From positions 1-61,581 of the forward strand of contig MCFE01000534.1 in the NCBI GenBank assembly GCA_002104905.1: DNA of 61,581 nucleotides, in the 5' to 3' direction. The first letter of the stretch is position 1; each line of letters begins with the position of its first letter. Both the position numbers and the translations under genes were made by a program. Below, piece by piece: positions 26,090 through 40,023 of this stretch. The notes under the pieces were generated by a model. The model saw only the letters and a program-made list of their open reading frames with translations, was not told the origin of the DNA and ran no database searches. Source of the stretch: Basidiobolus meristosporus CBS 931.73 (lineage: Eukaryota > Fungi > Basidiobolomycota).

Positions 26090-27148
26090 ATGGTTTCCCC
26101 GACACAAGACTCGTTCCATCCAAAAATTACCTTGCTGGTCTTCGGCATTTCACTTATGTGCTCCACACTTGTGATAGCCATCTTTCTGACCATTCGGTTT
26201 CAATGCAGAGAGATTGGTGATAGAGTCAGCCTGAGGCTTATTGCCTGGCTCTCGCTCTCTAATATACTAGTCATCGTATTCCAGATCTGGAGCCGCTCCA
26301 TCGAACCAGCGAACACGACTTACTGTACATTCAGTGCTTGGGGCCTGATCTTCTCTAAACTGGTGTTCGTTTTTCTGTCCTGCTCAATCTCGTTGAACCT
26401 CCAATTTATCTTTGTCCATCGGCTCCGCAAGTTAAAAAGATTCGAATTCTGCTATGTCTTTGTTTCTATTGTCGGAGCATTCATTCTGAGCATGGTAACG
26501 ATGCCATTCGGGATTACTGGCTACACAGCCAACGGCGACCCAAAATGCTGGTTCCATGAAAGGAACACGACAGGCCCTATGCTTTGGGAGGTCGGTAGCT
26601 TTCTGGTGTGGATGATCCTAGGGCTTTTGTATTGCTTAGGATCATTCATCTGGATTTTCATCCAACTATCGGTTCAACGGGGAAAATTGGCTCGCATGCT
26701 TGTCAGCGCCATTTCACCCCAGGCCACCAGTCTAACACAGCACGACAAGCTCATCAACTTCACGGCCACTAGAATCTTGTTTCAAGTGCTGGTAGCGCCG
26801 GTTAGCTTGACCATCTTCGTGGTCCTGGAGATCCTGAGCTTCTTTGGCCAAGAGGCCACTCCTGATGTCAAGTTCTTGAGCCTCTTGTTTGTCAGCCTCC
26901 AAGGGATTCTCCTCTTGAGTGTGTTCACCTTTGATCCGGCCTTACGCTTGGCCTGGCTACAGTTGAGAAAAAATATGGCACGTAAATATTTTCAGGAGGC
27001 CGACTATAGCATCACCCGGGATGAGTGGAAACGCCGCACGATATCCTGGATCATTCCAAATGCTCAAGTATTAGCAATTGAGACCAAATCCTCCTCTAGG
27101 CCAATTTCCCAGTCACGCAAGAGAACTGATTTGGTTTATTGGATCTAG
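26090..27148 (+). CDS. Intronless 7-TM GPCR, cAMP-receptor-like/Git3-like
   Basis: Seven hydrophobic segments; RVSLRLIAWLSLS, YC..S, SISLNLQFIF, GY...CWF, LQG patterns. Confidence 0.8.
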   Translation: MVSPTQDSFHPKITLLVFGISLMCSTLVIAIFLTIRFQCREIGDRVSLRLIAWLSLSNILVIVFQIWSRSIEPANTTYCTFSAWGLIFSKLVFVFLSCSISLNLQFIFVHRLRKLKRFEFCYVFVSIVGAFILSMVTMPFGITGYTANGDPKCWFHERNTTGPMLWEVGSFLVWMILGLLYCLGSFIWIFIQLSVQRGKLARMLVSAISPQATSLTQHDKLINFTATRILFQVLVAPVSLTIFVVLEILSFFGQEATPDVKFLSLLFVSLQGILLLSVFTFDPALRLAWLQLRKNMARKYFQEADYSITRDEWKRRTISWIIPNAQVLAIETKSSSRPISQSRKRTDLVYWI

Positions 27149-27778
27149 ATCAGTGAATAGAATATTCATCCAGTTCATGTATACATATTGTCCGCCGGTC
27201 TATCAAAGCTGTACACTTTTCATGAAATAACTACTGCAAGCCTACAATTACTTCTTACCCCAACAGTTGATTGCACGAAGACAACACCCTAGGTTCGATA
27301 CGATTCATTTAATCTATACCCTCCATCGAATTCCCCTGGATGTTCTTGTGGATTCGTACAGCCAGAAAACTCCGGTGTTGTAATACTGCTAGGTACCGAT
27401 TGCTGCTAATGGATTTATGCTGAAATATATCTGGCTCTGTGCGGCTGATCTGCCGGCAGCTCCATTTCACATGATCTGGGTGATTTGCTAGCATATCACC
27501 AGACTCATACCTACTTTCCCTCCTGCCTGTACATTCGCGAGTCTCGATTTTGATAGGACTGTGACGTGATCATAGTTCTACAAAAAATCTGCAAGTATTG
27601 GTGGACTCAGCCACATGGGAATGATTGTGAAATCAGCCCATACCTTCTATCGTCATCAATGGCTTGGCCTTCGTTCCAAGGTACCATAGTTAAATAATTC
27701 CACATTCAAGATTTCTCTGCCATTTCCTCCTTGTATTCTCTATCATTCAAACAAATAAATATTGGAATAGAAACCACC

Positions 27779-29105
27779 ATGGCCGTAGCTCTCTCTACAC
27801 TACCCCACGAGATATTAACGAAGATCTTCGATTTGCTCCCCGTCACGGAATTCACCCGGCTAAGCTCGGTGTGTAAAGACTTGCACAGCTTTGTGGAGGA
27901 TGAAAAGCTCTGGAGACAACGTTGTTATAGAGATTTCAATATTTCCTTGACACAAACGTTTCGTACGGTCGGCTGGAAGAGGCTATACAAAGCCCTGAAC
28001 GATCCCGTTGTTTATACTTGGGGTGAAAGTAGTCAGGGTCGTTTAGGACGTGAGCTCGAGGATTACGGCAGTACACCAGGCATAGTGGAAGGCATGAGCG
28101 GCAAAGGCGTTACTCAGATAGTATGTGGCGGTTGGTCAATGACTGCACTAACCAAGAAGGGCGAAGTATGGATGTGGGGAACTATGAACCCCGAAACAAA
28201 TCCCAACTTGAACCCTGAGGATTATGATCCCGAAGAGCTTAGCACCGTTCCTCCCTCTTATTTTAGACTGACAAGGTCTGGCCCAACTGCTATCCACCGA
28301 GCTCCTGTTCAAATCGAGGGTTTAATGGGGAAAAATGTAAAGTCTATAGCTTCTGGAAGAGCCCACTCTCTAGCTTTAACAGATCAGGGTCAGTACCTTC
28401 AGCTCATCTTATGTGAACGTGTCGCTTACTTTATTACCTCTAGGGGAAGTGTATCAGTGGAGATCAATCACTAGAGTTCAGAAAATTGATGTGTCTGATC
28501 AGGCACGCATCATTCAAATTGCTGCTGGCTGGACACATTCACTAGCCCTCGCTGAAGATGGGACCATTTTCTCTTGGCAATCTGATAAGCCTGACATGGT
28601 ATCCAGTGACACACTACCTAACGCAAACAAGGATGAGAAATACGTTCTTATCGCCGGGGGGGAGTTCTTTACCATTGCCCTAACCAACTACGGGAACGTT
28701 TACAAATCTGAATCTGGGGATAGCTTGGCCAATTTAAGCCCATTTCCGGGTGCAGTCAACAGAAGATACGCCCACATCAGTGCTGCATTCCGACATTTCG
28801 CTGCCTTCAATAATGAAGGTAAGGTAGCAGTATGGGATGACACAGGAAATGAGGAGATCTACAACGAGCTCCAACACGTAAACCAAGTTACCTTCGGTGA
28901 TTGGCATTTCGGAGCCTTAACTAACGACGGAAAGCTATATACCTGGGGGCAATACTCTGGGGGTGCCTTGGGACTTGGAGCAAACTACGGAGAGGTTAAG
29001 AAACCAACTTTGGTGGAAGAGCTTGAAAATCGTTATGTATTCAACATTGCTTTTGCTGGCTGGCATTCAGCAGCGTTGGTCGTCCCACTGGGTTCGGATG
29101 ATTGA
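27779..29105 (+). CDS. F-box plus RCC1-repeat protein (Saf1-like SCF adaptor), one intron near 28389-28443
   Basis: LSTLPHEILTKIF...LSSVCK F-box; VYTWGESSQGRLG, IASGRAHSLALT, IAAGWTHSLAL, LYTWGQYSGGALG RCC1 repeats. Confidence 0.88.
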
Positions 29106-29546
29106 GCTTGAGCAATCATCTGGTTGCACGCAGCTTTTTCCAACTGAATAATTCTCCCCTGTTACCCAGAGAACTCTATTTTGACGACTTTTCCCCACTA
29201 TCGAAGGGTTCGCAGCCTGTCGTGCGAATAAAGATTGGTGATGTAATGGAATTTGGCGAATCGATTTATTCAAATCCACGTTTACTAGAATACAAAACTT
29301 TCAAGCCGAAGCAATTACTAACCAACATAGGAAAGAGGCTTCGTGTGGTATCTTGAGAGTAGTAGATCGATGTTAAAACTCGGGTGATTAAAAAGGGTAG
29401 TGAAAAGTGAGATATATATCATAGCTTATCGGCACTGCGTTAAGATATGCGACGTTGTATGCATGCGCGGGTACAGATTCAGGTGTGGGTGCGGGTAAGT
29501 GTGTGTATGCGTTTGTGAGATGAAGACACCAACCGGGTGAATCGGC

Positions 29547-32500
29547 TTAGAGTCGTCTGTAGTTTAGCCTAACGTGTATAGAGCCTCTAATTACGTCCTG
29601 CAATTCCAGCTTGATGGAGTCCATCTCACGCTCCCCATAATATTCTAATAGCTGTAGACCTAATTTCGCTTGGCCCATGTAAGCTATCAACAGAATTCGT
29701 TAGTAATCAGTTACTACGTTGTGCCTTACTGTGTAGATAAAATACCTGGTTCGGTAAATTTCTCGTAGCTGTAAACTTGCAAATTCAAGACTTCGTCCAG
29801 GCGGGTGACTGAGAACACCAAGGATTGGTTCCATTTGGGGTTTGGCGTGTACTTGATGACTTTGGTTCTCAGCTTCTGTTTAGCGAGTTTCAATTCTACA
29901 TATGGACTAACAATCGTGTTGTTTTGATCCGTAGTAGCTAGATGCTCTCCTTCCAGTACAGTTACCTGCAGCGTTCCAATGGGATGGGCGGGGGGAGTTC
30001 CAGGGCCAAGGGCTTTCTTCTCTACATCCAAATAGTGGGATCTAGCCGCTTCCAGCTCATTCATCCACTTTCGCTTCGTAGAGACACTGGAGCATTTCAC
30101 AGTGATAACCTCCTCGATATGAACAATTTGGAAACTGGTATCATCAACTCCGGACTGGTTAAATCCTCTGGGTATTTCGCGAGCAACCATCTCATTCAAC
30201 GGGATAGGATCGCGATACAATGGGTATCGGTTTGAACCGACATTCTTCAGACTACTCCTTGGAAGTTGGGTAAGCAGAAGCAGATCATTGAACAAGAAAG
30301 CTTGAAGCTTTCTTCCGCTCTTCGCTTTTACCAAGATGCCCTCCATGATAAACTGACGTGCGCCTAGTAATCTAGTGTTTGCCATCAGGTCGAGCTTCTC
30401 TTCGGAGGTAGTGAAATCCACCAAGCCCGAGATTTCTTTGAGCTTTCCTTCGTCTTCTCGAATTTTAGCAATTTGATTGGCTTCGTGAAGTATTCCTTCG
30501 GCTTTCTCAAGAGCTTGCGAGATGTGCTCGTAGTCCTCGTGATCCTTACTGGTGTAATGAAGGATCTGTCGCAGTAGGAGTGGATATCTTGTAATACGCT
30601 GCATTGGCTCCAGTAAGAAGCTTGATAGATCGAGATTTCTACATTGTGGCGAACGCATACAGTCCTTCAAGAAGTTACAAATTCGCTGGTCTTCCCTCTT
30701 CTTCTGCAGTAGTTTGTAAGCATTCATTTGATTTCCACAATACGACAAGTATTGCCGAAACTCTTCAGAGTGATCCAGGAAAATGTCACCAATGCAATCT
30801 ATCATAAAGTGGCTATCGGTTTGACGCTCTTCCAGTTTGCTGAAGAAGTCGGTGTTGCAGAATAGCAACTCCTCAATATTTCCAAAGATGCTAACAAGCT
30901 CATTTTCGGAAACCATTGAACGCATAGGCTCATAAAACACACTTATGATAAGCTGGAGATCTCGGAGGTATGTCTGCTCAGTGGCAATCAATTCGAATAT
31001 GGATTCTTGCCGCTTGCGCTCTTCCGAATTGACAGAGTTTGCGTAATTAGAGCCAACACATTGGGCCCATCTGCGAGCACCAGGAGCTGATTCCAGAATA
31101 TTGGGGTTCGTGAGGGAGTTTAAACTTATTGATCGCCGTATTTGCCTGCTCTCCAAAAACCTGCTGGACGCACTTTCACTCCCCCTTCTTCTTCTCAACG
31201 TTTGATTACGCAAGATAGTGTCATTTCTTAATTCTTCACCCTCTATATCGGTGTCATCGTCCATAGACTCGGTGGCTGTGAGCTTGGGAGTCAGCTGTTT
31301 CGAGAGATTTGATGGACCCAAACCACTGAGTTTCTTACTAGGGCTACCCAAAGCGGAGGCTGAATGTGATCCTCGTCTACCAAGAACTCCAGGATAACTG
31401 CTAGCCGAGAGGGAGGACTTTCTCACTTGCTTCGGAGGAATCGAGGCTTTGCGAAGCTTTCTTTGAATGGGCAACTCCTCAACGTAGTTCGCTGGAACTA
31501 ATCCGGATTTACTCTCGTATTTTGCAAGCCACCAATCTGAATCCGATTTATCGACTACAATGATAACCATGCCTTCACTCAAGCTCATTTCATCCTCCCT
31601 CTGGGCGGTGTAATCGTATAATGCCTTCGCTTTCAGCACTTCCTCATCTGAAGCATCTGGATGACACAAAAATTGTCAACTGTTGTTCCACGAAATCATC
31701 CGCTAGGTCCAAGGCCCTTACCATCGTATTCTGCAACAATCTCTACGTAATTACTGGGGAAGTAGCCAACGTCGTTGGAGTCCTCTAGTCGTCCGTACCA
31801 CCAATCTCCCAACTTGTCAACTGTTTCATCGAGTATGATGATCGAGCCCTTAGAGAAGCTCAAGTCATTGTCGTTTCGTGCTTCGTAAGCATACAAGGCT
31901 CTAACTCGACTTGTGTCTGCAGGGGACAATGGAAAATTCGATATTAGCATTGTTCAATGAGTGTAAATTCTACTACATTACCTTGTACACCAAAATCTTC
32001 AACAGAAGATTGTATATCCGAGTCTCGCCTAGAAGAATAGTCCGAATCGTTGGCGGAGGCGGGACCAGAATGTGTAAGTGTGAATTCAGAGTCCGACTTT
32101 GGATTGACATAGAGATTGGAATTGCTTCGATTGCTGCCAAGCGAGGGATTTTCTGGGCTATTACGATCAGTATACAGCGGGATACCCCAAGGATCGTGAT
32201 CTTGGGAAGATTTTTCTACTTTGTGCCCGGCACTACCTGAAGTCGCTGCGGGCACTTCAGAATTAATAGGGGGTGATTTGGTGCTTCCAGAGCCCGATCC
32301 CAATCCCAGAATCTTCGCTTTCTCGCGCACCGACTTGGTTGAACTACGAAGCATCTGAAGCTCGGCCTCTCGTTCATTTGCCGCTGCCTTTACGCTATCA
32401 GCGAATCCCTTGCTACCCCTTGCAGAACCTAGAGTTGACTCTTGGTGAGACTCGGGGTCAACCTGAGCTGGCTTGACGGCCACGTCATGAGGAATTCCCT

Positions 32501-34643
32501 GCTTGGCAGCAGTCAAGCTCTCCGCAAATGTACGGACTTCATCGGTTAATTCGGCCTGATATTTCAACCACATTCTGTCCTCACAAGTATTCTTCTTGGA
32601 AAAAGCCAAACATTTCTGAACCTCGTTTTCGATGTTCTCGACGCCATCGCATATTTTCTGAATGAAGTTCAAACTGTGGCCCTTCTTTTCTTCGATCGCT
32701 TTGATCTCTGGGCTGGCACTGTTGATCGGATTCGGAGAGGTCTCGGCAGTTGATTTACCGGACAAAGCGTTCATTTTAGTGAATAAAATCTCGGCAGCGT
32801 GTTGCTTCGAGCGATCTCTTTCGTTTGACAGGTGGGGAGAAGCTATTTTCGAGAGATCTAATCTACTACCTGAGCGACTAGACTCCTGCATAGTGAACAG
32901 TTCTAGCTTTGACTGGGCCAGCCTATCATTCAACTCCAAAGCTAAACGTCTCTGTTGGTGTAAATCACCCAACACCCTGAAGATTTCCATTTCCAGCTGA
33001 ATTTTGCTATCCAGAAGATCGATCTTTTCCTGGCTGTCTGGTGCTTGCCCAGCCTCGATACGGTCAATCGTGGTCTGAAGATCCTTTATATCTTGTTGTA
33101 GCTGATCTATCTCATTCCGGGAGATTTCGCACGTGGTTTGACTTAATTTACTCAACTCAGCGCGCCTTTGTTGTATTGCTTTCTTTAGTGCATCCTGTCT
33201 AGCATGCTCTTCAGAAGTGAGCATAGAGGGCTCACCGCCACCGAGGGTTGGCTTGGGGGCCATGCTTGGGCCTGTGGGTAGTTGTTGATAGGAGGTATTT
33301 GCTGGAACCGCGTTGGGTGCTATTAAATTGAAGATGTGCTGCTTCTCTGGTATATTGCGAACCGCGAAAGGGGTTAGCTCCGGTGGAAGCATGGACGGTA
33401 ATTCTTTTCCAGCCAATTTCCCATAAATAAGGTGCATAGCAATGATGAATTCGCTTTCATCTAATTGACCTGATCCACGAGTATCAGCAAGATTCCTAGT
33501 CGCAATCAATCAGTCATAGGTGTCGGTGGATGTAAGAATACCCAGCAAGATTGCACAGCTTACCATATTTGCATCAAGATACTGGGTGAGAGTGCGGTTT
33601 GTAAGAAGAAATTCCTTGCCTGCTCCCCTGTAACGATTGACGAGATCCAGTTAGATTCTTGATGGCAAAGTCAACTATCACCATGGAAAAATGGCGTTAC
33701 CAGAAACATAGCCCAAGCGGGCAGTATCCAGAGCCTTAAACTTGGCCAAAAACTTGGCCTTTTCGTCAGGTGTCATCGTCCAAGAGACATTGGGGGAAAG
33801 AGACGAAAATACGGAATATTTATCTGGCAAATCAAAGGAAGCGTTTGAAATAAGCGGATGGGTAGGTTGACCCCCTCCGCTCCAATCGATGGTGCCGCTT
33901 TTGCTAGAATTTGTTGATAATGTTGAGAACGACGGTGAGCTGGATAGCATGCCAGGCGAACCATAATTTCCGGTGAAGGAGAAATCTAGGTTATAGTTAG
34001 GAGCGCTTGGCTTGATAGGGACGCTGTGAGATTTAGGCATATGCTTGCATTTCTCAATTGCGTCCTGCAACTCCCGTCGCAATTGTTCAGGAAGGCTGCT
34101 GGGCACCTCCAAACCCTTTAGCTTCAAGGTTATCAAATACATTCCAGTAGAAAACTCTGGGTAATTAATGGTATTTCCAGCCGAGGTATTCACCAGTCGC
34201 CTGTTTTTAAACCCATTAATTTCTTGTAAGCACCTTGCCGCTGAAACTCCATTCTTACCAGATGTGGGCCAGGACTTCTGGGCGCAGATTCGACCGAGAA
34301 AAAATTTCTTGTGCGGCATCGGCTACCAGTCGGGACATATAACCGTTAGAAAAACCCCCAAGCAAACTGCTGGTAGGAGCCCCGTACCTGATATTAGACG
34401 CCCATCAGGATGACAACGTTGGGCAAAGAGACCTTCGTACTTCAAGTGATCAGATGGCGAGATAAAAGACACACGAGCTGTCAATGCGTTAGTTTGATGG
34501 AGGTTAAAAAGCAAGAGAAACGAAAACCAACCTTGTCTAAACGTTTGAACACTGCCAAGGCCGCTTTCTGACACCGACGGCGATCTTCCCAAGTACTCTT
34601 GAGACTGATTGAAGGCGCCGAACGAACTGAGACTGTTATACAT
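29547..34643 (-). CDS. Intersectin-long-like endocytic scaffold/RhoGEF: EH-EH-coiled coil-SH3-SH3-DH-PH-C2
   Basis: EH1 (VLAHIW/..PEFSTGMYLI); EH2 (ILMQIW/NLAD..GQLDESEFIIAMHLI); SH3 ALYAYEA..DWW..YFPSNYV and ALYDYTA..DWW..LVPANYV; DH ERKRQESIFELIATEQTYL..PMQRITRYPLLL; PH; C2 GTLQVTVLEG..PYVELKL..NPKWNQ; last exon ends ...NYRRL*. Confidence 0.9.
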
Positions 34644-35851
34644 AGAGTGCGGAAAGAAAAATATCCTATGGAGAGACGGAATATGGATTTCTTCAAGGTC
34701 TGGTGGCTCTCACCAATGCATAAAAATAGGGCCAGAAGTAAAGAGAAAAGAAGGGGAAAGCTACTTGGTAGGGCTAGGATGTGTATTGAGTAGAGGGCTA
34801 GGGATATAAGTGCGTCAAGGTGAAAAGGTGAGACTGAACTTCACAAGCAAAGTGCCTGTCGTTGGTGAGAGTTCCAATAATTCTTAAGCCAGTCTATAAC
34901 AGTAGCCAACCTGACTAAATAAAGTAGAGCCTAAATCTAGATCACCCCCTACGGCCATAGTAATCGTAAGATTATTTTCACTGGAAATTGATACGAATTC
35001 CTCAACTCGAACACCAATTTGATTCCGAAAAACTGGCATTTCGAGGAATCTAACAATATGAGGTATAAATTGGCCGCCTCGCCTGTACCAAAATCGAAGT
35101 GTTCATGGATCTGAGGTGGGACACCTTGGGAGCCAACCAAATAGGAAAGCGGGTGTATCGTGGCAGCCTAATTAGTCGTCGCTTGCATATATTTAGCTCC
35201 CGTGGAAACTCTAAGTAAGACTTAATAATAGGAAATATGAGCTGAGTGGATAAGAAATCTCGCGCTAGCCAGCGTGTATTAGTGGGTGAGGATAGATTGA
35301 TGAGGTACCTCATTCAGGCGAGGGCCAATCATCGGCCGAGACAGGCCGGATCACTTGATTGGAACGTCGTTGCAGCCAGAGGTATTCGCCATATTCAGGG
35401 TCAATGAATATTTATAGCCTTATCTCACTAATGTGCGCTTACTTAATTAACTCTCGAGTCAGCATTTCTCCACATTAGTGGTCAAATGGCGGCTATGAGG
35501 ATGTGTGCTACCTGCAATTCAATACGATTCAAGCACCAGTGGAGCAAATGGGAGTATGTCTGGAGATTTTTCTGTGGTGTTCCCAGACACGATGGATTCT
35601 TTTATTTGAGGTGAGGGATTTGGTGCTAAACCCATACACATCAGAATCGTGTGATGCACGTCTGTCTCAACAAGAATTCGGAGGTTGAGGTATATTTTTG
35701 GAATAGATCACTATCATGATAGGTTGCGGCGTTGGCTGGGGCAGGGTGATTCCATTGGTCATGGGTTGGTAAGGATGTACAACTGTGCTTTGGCAGTGTT
35801 TAGCACTATGGTCCCAGCTCGGGTGTCAGGTTGGTGGAACGAAGCGTCTGC

Positions 35852-37309
35852 TCAGGAAGATACCAACTCTGCAATCCCAATCATCTTTCTGTCAGGATCA
35901 AACACAACATACCAGTAGTCGAACCAGCTAAGGCCCAGAATCCATATCCCGTCGGTCCCTTGGATGCCAGAGTAGCATAGCCCCGGATCACTTTTCAGCT
36001 TCCGGATGGTTTGTAGCGATCCTTTCGGGATTGAGAACTGTCGTCCGGAAAAGACAAAGCTTACAGCCGGCACTTCGTTGTCGCAGGGGATGTACCAGCC
36101 GTCATTCTCAATGTACTGTGCGCCCGGGATGTCGGCGTGGATTTGGTTGACCAGTGCGGCATCGATCGAGGTTAGTGCGGAGCCGGTATCGATCACGATG
36201 ATCTCTTTGCCGTCCAGGGACTTTCCGTCAAACAGTATATCATCCAGCCGTAGCTGCCAAGTGTGGTCCCCCGGCACGATGGGCGTGTATGTAATCTCTC
36301 CGCGATAAAGCTTGTCGTTAAGGTGGCCAAACGTGATCTCCGGGTTTTGCCGGTTCTTTGGAAGATAAACGGCAAACTTGTGGGAGCAATTCGGTGCATC
36401 CGATATCAAGGTCTCGATGAAAGGAACAATCCCTGTCGCAAATGGTTATGCTTAGCCGAAAGGTAGTATCGTAGGGGACACATACCATTGACTGTTTCCG
36501 ACCGAAAGCCAAGTCCTAATAGACCGTCGATAGGCTCAGTGATGTAATCCCCTGATATACTGGTGGCGAGAGCAACTTTCTGTTGCTTGATGTTGAGATT
36601 TCCAATGGACAAATTATCCTATGCAAGTGACAACTTAGTACAGGCGAGAGAAAAGTCGGTGGGTGGAAGAATGAACGGGAGCAGATCACTTACAATAGCC
36701 TGGAACCCTTTTGCAAATGAGCTATCTGCATACTCGATCTCCCAGGATTGCCCATCAAGTGTGAAGCTACTGGACATCTCAGGGTAGAACAGCCGCGGCT
36801 TGGATCGGCAGACATCGTTCTCGCAAGGATTGGCATTGACCCAGATATCTGCCGATCCAGTGTCTATGAACAGTTGGAATAGTTGTGGCGGAGTTCCAAT
36901 GCCAACCTCCATGTAGTACTATATCGTGATGAGGTCCAGTTGATTAGTGTCTACACGATCTCTATTGGTTGGTGTGTAGAGCTTACCGCTCCTAATGCTC
37001 CCGCCCTGTAGTAGGTCACGGGGCTTGCTCCAAGGTGCGTGTGTGGGTGATGGGAATCTAAGATCGGCTTAGGACTCTGTGGGGCGTAGAATGATGGACA
37101 GATGCTCGTACCTGCGTTGCTACTCCCGCCGAGTGTGTTTGCTCTCGCGGCAGCAGTTGGGCTGGATCTGTCACGGGTTCCGAGATTTATTCTAAGTGAT
37201 CAAGGGTTAACGAATTGACCGTAGGTCTAGGGTAAGGCGGGACATACTCCGGTGGGGCAGCCAGAACCGCTGCAATTAACACCGAGTTTATTATAATGTT
37301 GATGACCAT
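35852..37309 (-). CDS. Secreted pepsin-like (A1) aspartic protease
   Basis: Signal peptide MVINIIINSVLIAAVLAAP; YYMEVGIGTPPQ..IDTGSADIWV; DGLLGLG; IVIDTGS; WILGLSWF. Exons join in frame. Confidence 0.92.
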
Positions 37310-38309
37310 GATGTGTAGATCTCAATGAGCAATGCAGTGATAGCAGGTATCCTTGTGGTAAGTCAGCGTGATCAGGGATTGAGCGCAGGCTTTATACAAA
37401 TCCAGCCTGTTAGCTAATGCAGGCAAAACAACACTTCGAGACTTAATGGATGTCATTTAAGATTACAAGACCATGCATTCAACAGCTTGATGTATCTACC
37501 GAAACACCCAGTTTGGTCGTGAAACCAGTGATTGTTTCCATGTAGACTGCTGTGGACTGGTAATTGGCCTGATCTGGCTGGGAATCTGGGTTTGAGCAGT
37601 GTGCAGTTCGGCTGGTAGGCAGTGGGTTTTCCTCGGCGCCCAAGACTTGCTGGGCGCTTGGGGAGATCCGACCTCACGCACACAGTCATGGCCCGTAATT
37701 AGCGCAATGTTTGTGATGTACATATATGTTTTAATTCCCATGCAAGCCCTGGTATAAGCCTATTCATTCACGGAGATCGGGGCATTCCAGTGGAGCGCGA
37801 TCACACCCACTCATGCAAGTGGAGTGATCATCTTTCTCACATTGACAATCCGTGCCTCTCAAGTGAATCCGGTTTGTTAGGTCAGCCTCTGGTTACGGAA
37901 ATCCTCCGCTACACACCATTACCGTCGCACTGAAACGCGGCCCTCGCTAGCCGAACTGGAATGGCGGGTTCGGACGTGGAGGGCGTTGTTGCTGCCTGGG
38001 GGCTCGACATTCATCCAGTGGAGTCGGAGAAATCTTCTTACCCAAATGTTCCCAATCTCAGACCCCCGGGGGACTCATAAGGCTGCTGGGATTCCTTTGT
38101 CTCTTGTCCTGCAGCCAATATATCTTAACTCGGCTCCGAACAAGCCATCCAGCAGCCTAACTCGTTCGTTATATCCTACGCCTTTTTGTAAATAGTTCAT
38201 TCCTGCTACCTGAGCCTAATACGCGCCGTAGAGATCGCCCTATTCTCCCCGGACCTAACCTTCGCCAGAGTCTGGTTGTTCATACACCCTCCCAACTGGA
38301 GCCTTAACC

Positions 38310-39536
38310 ATGATTGTGGAAACACAAGGTAGCACGACCCTCAAAGGCTTGTCCGCTGGCCTCAATATTCTGTCTATACTATGCTCGCTGGTTGTCGTGT
38401 CGAGTATCTTGTCCATCCAGCTGTACAGGCCCAGCCTAACTCGACGGGTTTCCTTTCGCTTGCGGCTTTGGATCGCCCTGACCTACATACTGTTCAGCGG
38501 TTTTCAGCTGCTGATGTCCACTCCGTGGGTCAACAGCCAGGTCGGGTGTTCTCTGATAGTGTGGGGATATTTGGAATTCCTAATGGCCTCGTCGTTCCTC
38601 ACCTTAACCATACCCCTTAATCTACATCACGTGTTCTTGAGGAATCAACAGCCTCGCAGGAACTCCGAACTGCTTAATGTCCTGCTCGCAGTATTACTGT
38701 CGCTGGCGTTGACTTCCCCGCCCTATTTCTTGGGTTTGTATGGCCGCAACAACAGCGACAACACCTGTTGGATCCAAGGGGATGCCCTCAAAGTAGCCCT
38801 GCTCCATTGGTTGATACTCTTTATCTGGATGATCCTAAGCATCATTTACATTCTCTGGGTCACCCTGTGGACCTATCAAACCACTAGCAGCGAGAGGATC
38901 AACGAGGTGAAGCCCGACCTACCGCCAATCCAATATCTCTCCAACAACTCTTCCGACATTTCCCCAACCGAGCCCTTGCCACATTGCATTTGGGACCAAG
39001 TTCCGACCGGGGATCGTATTCGAAGCGCGTTGCGGAGAATTACCATCTACCCACTCGCCTGTGCCGTCTTGCAAGCGATCTTCGTAACCTTCGGGGTGCT
39101 CTCTATGCTAGATTGGTCAAGATACAGCGCCCGATTGATGCTTGTCGTTCTTACAGCTATCCACGGGATTGTTCACTCAGTCACCTTTGTCTGGGATCCA
39201 ACCGTCCAGGTGTGCTTGAATACGTTATCAACCGATCTGCTGGAACAGTATCAATCCCACCCGCGGCAAGGAGTGCGGTCACGGTTGATTTACTACTTCT
39301 GTAAGCTGTTATCAGCAGTGGATCAAACCAAGAGCCTTCAGCAGCAGCTATCCAGCCAGAGCAGAGCAGACCTCCAGGCCAGACAGACTCGGCCCGAAAC
39401 CATCTTCGCCAATTCCAAATTCGATCTCACCCTGAAGACCCCTACCCGAGCCCATTTCTTCAACCCGAGCGAGGCGTCGCTCGATCAGTTGCTGACAAGA
39501 AGCCCCGAGAGGAACGCTCATGTAGAATATATTTAA
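38310..39536 (+). CDS. Intronless 7-TM GPCR, cAMP-receptor-like (paralogue of 26090-27148)
   Basis: RVSFRL.LWIAL, GC.LIVWG, LNLHHVF, YG....TCWI, ITIYPL, HGIVHS motifs at positions equivalent to the first GPCR. Confidence 0.8.
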   Translation: MIVETQGSTTLKGLSAGLNILSILCSLVVVSSILSIQLYRPSLTRRVSFRLRLWIALTYILFSGFQLLMSTPWVNSQVGCSLIVWGYLEFLMASSFLTLTIPLNLHHVFLRNQQPRRNSELLNVLLAVLLSLALTSPPYFLGLYGRNNSDNTCWIQGDALKVALLHWLILFIWMILSIIYILWVTLWTYQTTSSERINEVKPDLPPIQYLSNNSSDISPTEPLPHCIWDQVPTGDRIRSALRRITIYPLACAVLQAIFVTFGVLSMLDWSRYSARLMLVVLTAIHGIVHSVTFVWDPTVQVCLNTLSTDLLEQYQSHPRQGVRSRLIYYFCKLLSAVDQTKSLQQQLSSQSRADLQARQTRPETIFANSKFDLTLKTPTRAHFFNPSEASLDQLLTRSPERNAHVEYI

Positions 39537-40023
39537 ACCCCGTTTACCACGGACCGTCATATATTTGTGTTGATTCTGTGATACGCACCCCCTCAGAAAC
39601 GAATCTTAACCCCACTGTAAGAATAAACGTAAGAGATGATAAGCCCCTAGCTTCTTTATTCACGGTCCCAACGATCTGTTGAAGGCTGTTTCAGTTCACC
39701 CGAGGCCACCGAGGCCTCTATTGTTCTTGGTTAACAGCTCATCAGCCTTGTTTTCACACTTATCACGCTCAGGTGCTGGTGTGAGGCTTTTGGTCTGGAC
39801 AGTATCAGCAGTTGCACATACGCTTTTGTCGTTGCATGCAAAACAAACTGGCGTTGAAGTGTCATGCTGTGTTTTGTTGCCTTCTATCATTATGCCTAGC
39901 TGTACCCACAAAGTCACACCCTAATGCCCGGGGGGGGGGTTGCAAGTGATTCAAACCACAGATTTTTATTAGCCAGAGGGCATTTGCCAGCAAGATGATC
40001 GATCAACTTAATTGAATGGCTAA

